A stretch of 32,955 nucleotides of DNA, taken from a bacterium (GTDB taxonomy: Bacteria > Zhuqueibacterota > Zhuqueibacteria > Oceanimicrobiales > Oceanimicrobiaceae). The position numbers and the translations under genes are program-made. Under the pieces are notes generated by a model, which was given only the letters and a program-made list of their open reading frames with translations, ran no database searches and had not been told where the DNA came from. The stretch spans positions 1 to 32,955 of the forward strand of contig JBHHXT010000038.1 in NCBI GenBank assembly GCA_046757165.1, written 5' to 3'. Shown here piece after piece: positions 1 to 8,343 of the stretch (position 1 is the stretch's first letter; the number at the start of each line of letters is the position of its first letter).

Positions 1-10
1 GTCACCATTC

Positions 11-517
11 CTACAAGTCAGTACCAAGCCAATCGTTACCATAATCCTTAACCGGATACTTAAACCAGATATCCCGAGCCTTCTCTCTCCCAACCCTGTC
101 AAGATACTCCCGAGCACTCGAAAAGGGCCACTCTTGCCACTTTTGCACCAGACCGTGTTTCACCGGGTGATGATGAATATAGTTCATTCCATTCGAATGA
201 AGTTCTACCATGCAGCTTGCCCAACTCTTTGATGCCTCCATGTGAAGCTGCGCATGATAATGGTTAGGCAAAACACACCAGGCGAAAATCTCTGTAGTTA
301 AGTCGCCGAGAGTTTCCAACAAAGCTTGTGAAAAGTTTTGCAGCCTATCCGGGGTTGTGCCGATGTATGGTTCGTGTTCATAACAAGCAGCGCAGATATG
401 GTAGAGGCCCGTTGAGCCCTCTAAATGAGGTGGGGTGTGCCAGGGCTGGCCTTTTAACTTGCGCTCGCGCAACATCCGGGCTCTTTCGTCGGGAGATGCT
501 TTGCGCCATTCGTACAT
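11..517 (-). pseudogene. REP-associated tyrosine transposase (RAYT, HUH/Y1 family), internally deleted and frame-scrambled
   Basis: ATG at 517 (MYEWRK...). Has the HUH motif 'AWCVLPNHYH' and C-terminal 'NYIHHHPVKHGLVQKWQEWPFSS'. The family-like segment 'IKELGKLHGRTSFEWNE' lies in a different frame (about 184-237), and the segment normally between it and NYIHH is missing. Confidence 0.8.
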
Positions 518-534
518 GGTTTGAACTCCAGTGT

Positions 535-855
535 TCACGGACGGTGTTCTGCGGTCAGAAAAGATTGCCGGTTCTTCATCATCCACCCACTCACCTGACG
601 CTCTAAAGCGTGGTAGCGCGGAGTGTCATGCTCAATCCCACCCTTAAACATGGTCTTGACCGTTCGTCGAGTGCGCGGATTCAACATTAGGATTAAGCTG
701 TTTTCAGCATTCAAGAGACTCGACGCCTTGTGTGAAACGAGACGCAGCATTTCTTTGAAATCGGTTTGCTGATTAAGAAGGTCGGCGAACTCGATCAATG
801 TATCTGAAGTGACTTTCGTTTCGATGGCATAAGTCTTTTTTCGTATTCTTGTCAC
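535..855 (-). pseudogene. truncated N-terminal GAF-like sensor domain (fragment of a regulator, possibly a sigma54 activator)
   Basis: 'LIEFADLLNQQTDFKEMLRLVSHKASSLLNAENSLILMLNP...VSGWMMKNRQSFL' matches the first half of a GAF fold. The ORF stops mid-domain next to the RAYT, and the nearest upstream ATG is out of frame. Confidence 0.55.
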
Positions 856-887
856 AGTCGGATCGGGCGAATATTGCTTGCCAGTTT

Positions 888-985
888 GAGAGAGCCTGTC
901 TGAAAAGTCAGAATTATCCAGGCGATGCTCTCACCGAGTCTTTGGGAAACAACCAGAATCTCTGATAGAACAATTCAGACAGAGC
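888..985. mobile_element. short MITE-like remnant with terminal inverted repeats
   Basis: ctgtctgaa (896-904) and ttcagacag (974-982) form a perfect 9-bp inverted repeat. The left end gagagcctgtctgaaaagtc resembles IS-type termini. No ORF inside. Confidence 0.35.
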
Positions 986-988
986 GTC

Positions 989-3829
989 CTAATCCTCCTC
1001 CTGTCTCGCCAGCTCGACCCTGACCACCACCGGGTCATGGTCGCTGGCGCGCCGGTCGTGCGCAAAGTCGGCGTTGAGGTGCACAATATCGATTTCCGGC
1101 TGGTGGTGGCGCCGGAGATTCTCGCTCACCAGAACGTGGTCGAGTACCTGGGAATTGCCCTGGTAGATATACGTGTAGCGGTGCTGGAGCGGAACCCGTT
1201 CGATGAGGTTGGTCAGGTGGGCTCCTGCCAGCAAGTGCAGCGGGGCGCGAAATTCTTGCTCGTTCATGTCGCCCAGAACCATGACGTTCGCAAGCGGGTC
1301 TCGCGCAACCAGCTCATGCACGAAACCCTGCAGAATCAGCGCCTGCTCCTTTCTCTTGATTTCGCTGTGGAATTGTGGCGGTTGGCTGCTGCCAAAGATG
1401 GCGTCGTCTGCACGTCTCGAGCTCAGGTGGTTGTTGATGAGAAAAAGCCGGTGGCCGTTGAATTCAAATTCCGCTGCCAGCGATTTGCGGGTGCGCACGA
1501 ACGCGCGCTCATGCGGCGAGATACGGCCCGGACTCAGGCTCAAATGCAGGCCGGTCGAGTCCAGGATGGCGCGTGTCGCCTCGTCTGCCCCCCCTTTGCC
1601 GCGGCGTATCAGCCTCACCCGGTCGGGATTGAACAAGTAGCCGACGCGAATATTGCCGCCTGGCTGACCGCCATCGGTGTTGTTCAGCGGATCGATCTGG
1701 CAGAAGTCGTAGGTCGGTCCGCCCGCGGCCATAATCGATTCGATCAGCCGCTGGAACGTCTGGCTGGCGTCCACCTCGCCGTTGTTTTCCGCGCCGTTGT
1801 TGTCCTGTATCTCCTGCAAAGCCAGGATATCCGGCGACAGCAGGCTTTTGACGATGGTTCCGGCGAGGGAGACAAACCTTTCTTCCTCATCCTCGAAATC
1901 GAGATTCTCGGCGTTAAAGGAGGCGACGGTCAGCAAATCTGCCATCCCCTGAAGCAGGGTTGTTTCCGCCGGGCTGGGGTTGGCAGCTGGATCAGGGAGT
2001 GTGTCTGTCACAAAAAGCTGGAAATTCCCGCGGCTGTATTGCAGCACACCGGTGATGACCCCGGGCAGCGAGTCGCCGACACTCACAGCCTGGCGGTTCG
2101 CCCGTTTGTAGGCACGAACGGTCATGCGCTCCGGGTTGAAATCATCCTGCTGCAGAAGAAGGCCACCCCGCCCCGTGCGTACCGCAGCGCCCCGGCCGCT
2201 ATCCGGCACGACCACGAAATGGCCCCAGGCCGTCAGCGGGCCAACGACGACCGGATGGTGGAGTGCCACGCGCATGCCCTCCAGACTTTCGTAAAAATCA
2301 ATGCCGTCATGTTCCGGGTCGAACTCCGTCAGCCGGTCATCATCGATGATTTGAGCCGGCGGGAGGCGGCCTTCCCGGCCGATCAAGACGGCTTGCGGCA
2401 GCGCCAGACCGCTGGCCTGCACAGAAATCCTTGTGGCATTGATTTGCGTCACCGTCAAGCGGGCTTCATCGCCAACCTCAGCCACCTGACCGCTCACCGA
2501 GACCAGATCCCCCACCTGGGCAGCAGGCGATTCCGTGCCGGTTGAAACATAGATTGCCTCCGAAGTGGCCATATCCCCGTCGCCGGCACCATCTTGCATC
2601 AGGAATCCTTTGTTCTTTCGGCGTACCGGGATGTGGGTGACGATGCCTTTGACCTCAATGACTTCCGACGCCAGAAGGGGGGACCGGTGTGCACGCCCCT
2701 GAATGGTGTAAATGGCCACATCCGTCAAAACCGCGCGAGAGATCGCGAAGGCGAGGAACTGTGTTATCTGGCTCTGGCTGAAATTATTGTCGCTCACCAG
2801 GATTAGAGCGCGCTCCCCATCTGGCAGAGCCGGGCCTAAGGTCATGCCCTCCAGATTGTCCAGCCGGAACCCGAGCACGGCCAGGTCGAGTATCAGACGT
2901 TTCTTTGCGGCTTTGATGTCCGAGAAGTTGCTTCTGTCCAATCTAGCAATAGTCTGAATATTGTCCGCCTGTCGCAGCGAAATTTCATAGATTCTCACAG
3001 TGTTGCCGCTGCCGGCGACGTAGGAACGCTCCATCGCCAACAACGTGTGTTCGTCGAGTGCAACGAGCTCGACCAGACCATTGTCCATGTAGCCGTTCGC
3101 TGGTTTTGGCGCAGTGGGTATGGGCTCGACCCAGTACAAGAATTCCGCCACGGGGGTCGCCGTGTGCAGGTCATATTTTACGATGCGCACCGGGGACTTC
3201 CATGCCAACCCGGCTTCGGAGCCGTCTTGAGCGAGAGCTGCTTCATTTGCGGTGAAGAGAAACGACTGGTCCTCCGTTACGGTCAGGCCTTCGAAACCAC
3301 GATTTTTCACAATGCCGAAGTCGCGCGTCCGTGTTGGCAGAAATTTTTCTGGAATGATCAGGCTATCGAGCAGGCTGCCGTTGAGCGCAAACCTGCGGAT
3401 GAACGGCTTGAAGCGCGTGTCTGAGCTGCCCTCGGAGGAAACATAGAAGGCATCCGGCGGTGAAAAGGCGATGGCCTCGGCGTCAATGCTTTTCGGCTGA
3501 AACGGCTGACCCGCGACGTCCAGCAGGGGGGTTGTGGCGACGAAGGCGACATCGCCGTTGGTTAGCATGCCGTCGCTCAAATCAATTGTCAGAGTATAGA
3601 TCAGCGACTGCACCTGGTCGCTATAATGGTCACAGATAGCGTAGAAGAGATTCCGGTCGGCGTCGTAGGTGATCCCGGAGAGACCGCCGGTTTCAACCCC
3701 ATTCGCCTGGTGGCCGGTTTGGAAGGTGGCTTCGCCAACAAAGCGCAGCGTGATGTCGCTGGGGCTGGCAAAAGGCGTCAAGAAAAGCAGGAAGGCCCCT
3801 GTCGTCAAGCACGAGACGAGTTTTCGCAC
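989..3829 (-). CDS. secreted fusion: phytase-like esterase beta-propeller + OB-fold + endonuclease/exonuclease/phosphatase (EEP) extracellular nuclease
   Basis: N-half motifs GGLSGITYD, DAEAI, GFEGLT, LDNLEGMTLGP, LVSDNNF. C-half motifs IYTIQG, FYESLEGMRV, TVASFNAENL, ALQEIQDNNG, GDMNE, LDHVLVS, SDHDP. GTG at 3829 has an upstream AGAGG and a signal peptide; the ORF is open to 3904. Confidence 0.85.
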   Translation of the reverse strand: MRKLVSCLTTGAFLLFLTPFASPSDITLRFVGEATFQTGHQANGVETGGLSGITYDADRNLFYAICDHYSDQVQSLIYTLTIDLSDGMLTNGDVAFVATTPLLDVAGQPFQPKSIDAEAIAFSPPDAFYVSSEGSSDTRFKPFIRRFALNGSLLDSLIIPEKFLPTRTRDFGIVKNRGFEGLTVTEDQSFLFTANEAALAQDGSEAGLAWKSPVRIVKYDLHTATPVAEFLYWVEPIPTAPKPANGYMDNGLVELVALDEHTLLAMERSYVAGSGNTVRIYEISLRQADNIQTIARLDRSNFSDIKAAKKRLILDLAVLGFRLDNLEGMTLGPALPDGERALILVSDNNFSQSQITQFLAFAISRAVLTDVAIYTIQGRAHRSPLLASEVIEVKGIVTHIPVRRKNKGFLMQDGAGDGDMATSEAIYVSTGTESPAAQVGDLVSVSGQVAEVGDEARLTVTQINATRISVQASGLALPQAVLIGREGRLPPAQIIDDDRLTEFDPEHDGIDFYESLEGMRVALHHPVVVGPLTAWGHFVVVPDSGRGAAVRTGRGGLLLQQDDFNPERMTVRAYKRANRQAVSVGDSLPGVITGVLQYSRGNFQLFVTDTLPDPAANPSPAETTLLQGMADLLTVASFNAENLDFEDEEERFVSLAGTIVKSLLSPDILALQEIQDNNGAENNGEVDASQTFQRLIESIMAAGGPTYDFCQIDPLNNTDGGQPGGNIRVGYLFNPDRVRLIRRGKGGADEATRAILDSTGLHLSLSPGRISPHERAFVRTRKSLAAEFEFNGHRLFLINNHLSSRRADDAIFGSSQPPQFHSEIKRKEQALILQGFVHELVARDPLANVMVLGDMNEQEFRAPLHLLAGAHLTNLIERVPLQHRYTYIYQGNSQVLDHVLVSENLRRHHQPEIDIVHLNADFAHDRRASDHDPVVVRVELARQEED

Positions 3830-3925
3830 AAACGCGCCTCTGTCGGGAGAGTGGCCCAAAGCGGGTGTTCGTGGCGTGAACCGTGAAATCATGCCAGGCT
3901 CCATTTAAGAATTGTGTGCAGGTGA

Positions 3926-3964
3926 AATAAAGAAAAACCCCCCGTGGTGACTTTAGCGGGGGTT
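3926..3964 (-). terminator. intrinsic terminator/attenuator-like hairpin upstream of the nuclease gene
   Basis: Minus strand AACCCCCG-ctaaagtcacca-CGGGGGGTT followed by TTTCTTTATTT. Confidence 0.5.
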
Positions 3965-3999
3965 GGTAACAATAGGTTATATTTGAGACAAAATCAAGG

Positions 4000-4161
4000 G
4001 AAATCGTGGGTCGCGTGTTTCGACATCCGGCTTTTGGCGGTCAAATTCGATGGGCGAGGCGTCTCTTCTCGCACCATGAAAAAGCCGCCCATGCAGGTGC
4101 TTCTGAAGAGTCCAGTCACCCTGAGGCCTACTCGAACTGGACACGCTTGCCAGGAGATTTC
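4000..4161. ncRNA. candidate structured RNA (multi-branch, possible kissing loop), family unassigned
   Basis: Nested complementary segments: gaaatc/gatttc, ggcga-g-gcgt/acgcttgcc, ctcttc/gaagag, gcacc/ggtgc, tccagt/actgga. Loop-loop complementarity cggctttt (4028-4035) with aaaagccg (4080-4087). Confidence 0.4.
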
Positions 4162-4226
4162 ACGGACCGAGCAGGAATGACATGAGGGGCTTAGCTGCCG
4201 GTCATACACGAGCCTGTGCCCGCCCC

Positions 4227-4259
4227 AAAAAAAACAGGGGTACGGTGACGTACCCCTGT
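4227..4259 (-). terminator. rho-independent terminator
   Basis: Perfect 11-bp stem ACAGGGGTACG-tcac-CGTACCCCTGT running into a T-tract on the minus strand. Confidence 0.85.
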
Positions 4260-4462
4260 CGAGCTGTCGGCATGAACTCATTCATCCTGGTTTGAAGCGT
4301 CCCCTACAAATGAACAGGACATGCCACCTACACAACTAACCTAAATACAACTACTTCTCTTACCTTGTTGCTTGCTTGTTTGTTATGATTCACAGTGTGA
4401 CACGGTGAATCTTGAATATCGTTGGTAGAGTTTTAGACACCAGGAGGGTCTCCCCTGTCCAT
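4227..4462 (-). ncRNA. candidate small RNA, or long structured 3' UTR of the radical SAM gene
   Basis: No credible ORF. Hairpins at 4435-4460, 4387-4411 (GATTCAC/GTGAATC) and 4269-4325 (GGCATG/CATGCC), A-rich and GU-rich single-stranded tracts, and the strong terminator at its end. Confidence 0.4.
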
Positions 4463-4582
4463 CTCTATCTATATAGACAGAACTGAACGCAGGTTTTTCT
4501 CAAAGAATTTTTCTAAACTGACAAATTTCTTATGACAGGGCTGGTGACTTGTTGCAGGGGACACACGGCAGATTTGCAGGTG

Positions 4583-6457
4583 CTAGGTCTCGAGAATGAG
4601 GTTGAATACCGATGAATCGATGTCGATTAGATGGCGTAACTGCTCGTTGACAGCGATATTGACTCTATCGCCATACTGCGAAAGCTGTTTCAATAGCCGG
4701 TTCAAATGTTTGAGGTGCGTTTCGTGTAGCTCTTCAATATGGAGCGTGATAGAAGACGTTGTGTCCTCGAGCACTTTTTCAAGCTGATGAGCCGCACGCA
4801 CAAAAAATCTCTTGTCCAGACCTGCCTTTATCGAAATGCTCAGATGGGCAGCGGTATTCTTCAACCGATGCAGCGACACCTCCAGGGCGCCGACACGGAG
4901 ATAGCGTTGAAACAGGAATTCAATTTCTTTTAGATAATCGTGGGCCAATTGATTGACGTTGTCAAACTCGAAGACAAAATGGCGCTCCACATAGTCGCGC
5001 ATCGCCAGGCCAATAATCCAATCCCTGACAACGACCGGAATGAGATGGGGTCTCGACAAAGGAAGAGAACGGACAAAAAGGGCCATTCGGGACATTCCTC
5101 CCGGCAGCAGCCCCTTCATGAAGAATCTATAAAGAATCCTGAACCCCTCTCGGTACGAGACTTCCTCCGTGTTCTTCGGCTTGCCCAGATAACGGACCTT
5201 GTTTTTGATGCGCTTGGCAATATTGCAAGGATCGAGCAGACGGGTGTAGAGTGTACAGTATTCTCTCACCATCTCTTCGTATTTCATCTGTTTGGGGACA
5301 ACATTCGTGCCGAGCTTGGTATTGTCCGAATCATGATCGTAGGTTTTTAGCCTTCCGTCTTTCTCGAGCCGCTCATAGAGAGGGGTCCTGGGTAAGGCTG
5401 TTAGCAGGCCTATCATCGCGGCCTGAATTCCAGAATGCATAATGAACTGATATTGCTGGTCGAATGTTGCGATGGTATCGTTGTCGAACCCGACGATAAA
5501 ACCGGCCATGATATCGAGGCCATAAGAATAGATTTCTCGAATTGAAAGGAGCAGATTCTTCTGGCGAATATTTTGGTATTTTTTGGTCTCGATCAAGCTT
5601 GCTTCATCCGGCGATTCAATTCCGATGAATACCCACTTGAAATTTGCTTCCCGGAAAAGAGCCAGGAGTTCTTTGTCTTGCGCCATGTTCAAGGAAGCTT
5701 CCGTGCCAAAGGCAAAGCGATGTTTGTGCTCGCGCTGGTAATCCGTGAGAAAGTGCAACAGACTTTTGGCGAGCGGTTTGTTGCCAATCAAGTTGTCGTC
5801 GACAAAAAACGCACTGCGTATATTGAGCGCTCTCAGCCTGTCCAGTTCCCGGCCCACTTGGTGCGGGGATTTCGTGCGCGGTTTGCGTCCAAACATCACG
5901 ATGATATCACAAAACTCACACCGAAATGGGCACCCTCTGGAGAATTGCAGACTGACGGACTGATATTTTTCCAACTCCAGCAAATCAAATCTGGGCACCG
6001 GCGAGTCTGCCAGGTCAACCTCGCCTGTTTCCCGGTACAGTGGCCGTGGCTGCCCGTTTTCAAAATCCAGGCAAAACTCTCTCCAAATGTACTCGGCTTC
6101 CCCGGCAACTGTGGTATTTGCGAACGATTCATACGACTCGGGACACAATGAAGCATAGCTTCCTCCGGCAACCACATAGTGGCCTTGCCTCTCATAATAG
6201 GTGAGGAGTTCTAGTTGCCGCTTGAATTGCACACCCATGCCACAAATCCCGATGACGTCAGCCTGCGGGTTGACGGGAATCGGTTGGATATTTTCATCCA
6301 CGATCTCAATATCCCAGCCGGGGGGGCAGAGCGCGGCCAGCGTGGCCAGACCCAGAGGCGGATTCGTTGTTCTGATGTTCGGTAGGATCTTATCTGCCAC
6401 CCATTTGAAACTCCAGAAGCTCTCGGGAAACCTTGGATTGATCAATAGCAATTTCAT
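4583..6457 (-). CDS. B12-binding domain radical SAM protein (DUF4070/HpnP-like class B) with an extra C-terminal domain
   Basis: MKLLLINPRFPESFWSF start with RBS AAAGGA; PPLGLATLAAL B12-binding motif; CxxxCxxC (GCPFRCEFC); VDDNLIGN, FIGIES, GFIVGFDND. Confidence 0.9.
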   Translation of the reverse strand: MKLLLINPRFPESFWSFKWVADKILPNIRTTNPPLGLATLAALCPPGWDIEIVDENIQPIPVNPQADVIGICGMGVQFKRQLELLTYYERQGHYVVAGGSYASLCPESYESFANTTVAGEAEYIWREFCLDFENGQPRPLYRETGEVDLADSPVPRFDLLELEKYQSVSLQFSRGCPFRCEFCDIIVMFGRKPRTKSPHQVGRELDRLRALNIRSAFFVDDNLIGNKPLAKSLLHFLTDYQREHKHRFAFGTEASLNMAQDKELLALFREANFKWVFIGIESPDEASLIETKKYQNIRQKNLLLSIREIYSYGLDIMAGFIVGFDNDTIATFDQQYQFIMHSGIQAAMIGLLTALPRTPLYERLEKDGRLKTYDHDSDNTKLGTNVVPKQMKYEEMVREYCTLYTRLLDPCNIAKRIKNKVRYLGKPKNTEEVSYREGFRILYRFFMKGLLPGGMSRMALFVRSLPLSRPHLIPVVVRDWIIGLAMRDYVERHFVFEFDNVNQLAHDYLKEIEFLFQRYLRVGALEVSLHRLKNTAAHLSISIKAGLDKRFFVRAAHQLEKVLEDTTSSITLHIEELHETHLKHLNRLLKQLSQYGDRVNIAVNEQLRHLIDIDSSVFNLILET

Positions 6458-7010
6458 CGAATCCTTTTCATCTTTTTTCTCCTCCGCCCTGCCCGAGTCA
6501 ATCTGTTCCGTAACAAAGGCACGAGAACGACAACGTCTCTGGAGCACTTCGGCTAGTTTGTCTCGACGCAGGCAATGTCTCGATTTGAATCAGAAGGCGA
6601 GGAAGAAGGGGTGTTTCTGTGCCCGGCACGTGTCATCGAAGGTTAGAGTCTGCTCTTGGGTCGATTAGGTATTTAGACCTTTGTCAATTGCTTTTGGTTC
6701 CCCACTCCACTCCCTATGGGGGGTATATTTACCGTTTGGTCGATGGCGCGGTTCGGTCGAGAAACTGAAAAATATTCACCCATACCAAACACATTTTGAC
6801 ATCTGGACCATTTTTTACACAGATAGTTCTTGACTTTGCGCATTTTTTTTCTTACTTGCTAACGGTGTCGCTCGCAGGAATTGTGACATTTAGGCAAAAG
6901 GCTACTCCGAAGACGACATCACAGGTTGGCTCGCATGAGGAGCAAAATATTGCTTGTAATAACCCCAAAAAATGGAGTAAATCGTTGGAATCATTTCAAA
7001 GGAGCAAATC

Positions 7011-7196
7011 ATGCCGGACAGTACCTTGATCTGTGTTGACTGTGGGAACGAGTTTGTTTTTTCTGAAGGGGAACAAGAATTCTACAAGGAGCGAGGATTC
7101 GAGGAACCCAAAAGGTGCAAACCCTGTCGTGAGCAACGGAAGAAAAACCGCGGAGGTGGCCGTGGTTCTGATGACAACCGGCGAAGGTCATACTAA
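7011..7196 (+). CDS. zinc-ribbon domain protein (zf-trcl-like, CxxC-x24-CxxC)
   Basis: 'LICVDCGNEFVFSEGEQEFYKERGFEEPKRCKPCR' signature; strong RBS AAAGGAG. Confidence 0.9.
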   Translation: MPDSTLICVDCGNEFVFSEGEQEFYKERGFEEPKRCKPCREQRKKNRGGGRGSDDNRRRSY

Positions 7197-7449
7197 GCTG
7201 GGGCAGGTCATACCAAAAGCGATGAATCCACATGGACCAGGCTCCGTGCGGATGGAAGAAAGGGTAAGCGTGCTAGTATCTGCGAAGAGGTGAATCATTC
7301 CAGATACTAGCTAAGCTAGAGCGAGAACGGAAAAGAGAAAAATGCCAGACGCAGGGTCGCAAAACTGCCAATCACAAATGGGAGATACCCTGTTGACGTA
7401 TTATTTTTGAGCCAAAAGCGCGTGCCAGAAGCCGACGAGAAGACGTGCT

Positions 7450-7686
7450 ATGACGCGGGAAAAACTAAATGAGCTGAAACGGCGATACAATGCCCTGTTG
7501 TCGAAGGAAAGAAAATTGGCCGCTTACTTAGAGAACGGCGATATTTCTCCTGACGAGCGTATTGAAGTCGAGCCTGAGGTCAGCAAAATAGAGAATGCCC
7601 TGGGAGGACTTCTTTTGGAAATCGAGAATCTAGGGGGCACGTACACAGACCGGGATGTAATACGCGGCTTTGAGTTTGATGAGTAG
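7450..7686 (+). CDS. small helical hypothetical protein (78 aa)
   Basis: ATG-initiated ORF with natural amphipathic helical composition, co-oriented with its neighbours. Confidence 0.6.
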   Translation: MTREKLNELKRRYNALLSKERKLAAYLENGDISPDERIEVEPEVSKIENALGGLLLEIENLGGTYTDRDVIRGFEFDE

Positions 7687-7766
7687 AATGATCCAGAGCC
7701 CGCTAGAAACTGAAGGGAGTGGAGTACACAATGTCGAACGAGAATTTAGGGTGCAAGGAATGCGGA

Positions 7767-7797
7767 ACTGAGGGTGAACCACGGGTTCACCCTCAGT
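7767..7797. repeat. perfect 14-bp inverted repeat upstream of rpsU
   Basis: actgagggtgaacc-acg-ggttcaccctcagt. Confidence 0.8.
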
Positions 7798-7896
7798 CGG
7801 AATTCGAGCTCCAAACGAGATATCAAACGTATCGTGACAAACACAAAAAGAATGGAGGATACATGAGAAGTCGTGAGCATGGCCGAGGGATTACAA

Positions 7897-8088
7897 ATGG
7901 TCGGTATTAGCCTAAGAGATGGAGAATCAATAGACCACGCTCTGCGCAGATTTAGAAGAAAATGTCGCTATGCCGGTATCCTGAAAGATGTCAAAAAATC
8001 AAGGCACTACATCAAACCAAGCGATAAACGGAAGATTGCAAGAAATAAGTCTAAAAGGCGGTATAGAAGGCTATTGACTCGGCTCTAG
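7897..8088 (+). CDS. rpsU: 30S ribosomal protein S21 (bS21), divergent copy
   Basis: MVGISLRDGESIDHALRRFRRKC..GILKDVKKSRHYIKPSDKRK matches the bS21 pattern; RBS GAGGGA before ATG 7897. Confidence 0.9.
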   Translation: MVGISLRDGESIDHALRRFRRKCRYAGILKDVKKSRHYIKPSDKRKIARNKSKRRYRRLLTRL

Positions 8089-8343
8089 TGAGAAAGCTAA
8101 CTGGTGGATTACGATAGACGGAGTAAATGGATCGCCTCGAGTCCATAGGACGAAACGCGAGCATTCGCGGCAACAAGAATAATCCTGGCAAGTGTATCTA
8201 CGCCTAAGCCGTTCTTCACCCCCCCCCAAAAGTGGTCTTCAAAATTGCGGATTAGGGGCGAGGGTTTTGAGCATCATACCTCGACCGGTGCGCAAAAGCG
8301 GACAATCTGTGCGAGCAATACTATCGTGAATTTGCTGAAGCGA

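Noticed and set aside
1037..2545. 502-aa plus-strand ORF, and similar long antisense ORFs at 11802-12704, 17161-18201, 22594-23418 and 29837-31273
   Set aside because: Shadows on the opposite strand of well-supported genes, with no recognisable motifs
4053..4151. Type III hammerhead-like arrangement (GUC ... CUGAAGA-GUCCAGU/ACUGGAC-ACGC)
   Set aside because: The essential GAA after stem II is absent, and GAAGAG is better explained as pairing with CUCUUC; treated as part of the unassigned structured RNA
3994..4281. 95-aa ORF, and possible tmRNA/6S/SRP identity of this region
   Set aside because: The ORF crosses a terminator and has no protein-like pattern. No tRNA-like acceptor ends, no SRP domain IV motif and no 6S-type long hairpin were found.
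7719..7910. 63-aa ORF with CKEC before rpsU
   Set aside because: Only one CxxC, spans a perfect 14-bp hairpin and overlaps the rpsU start; cannot be fully excluded
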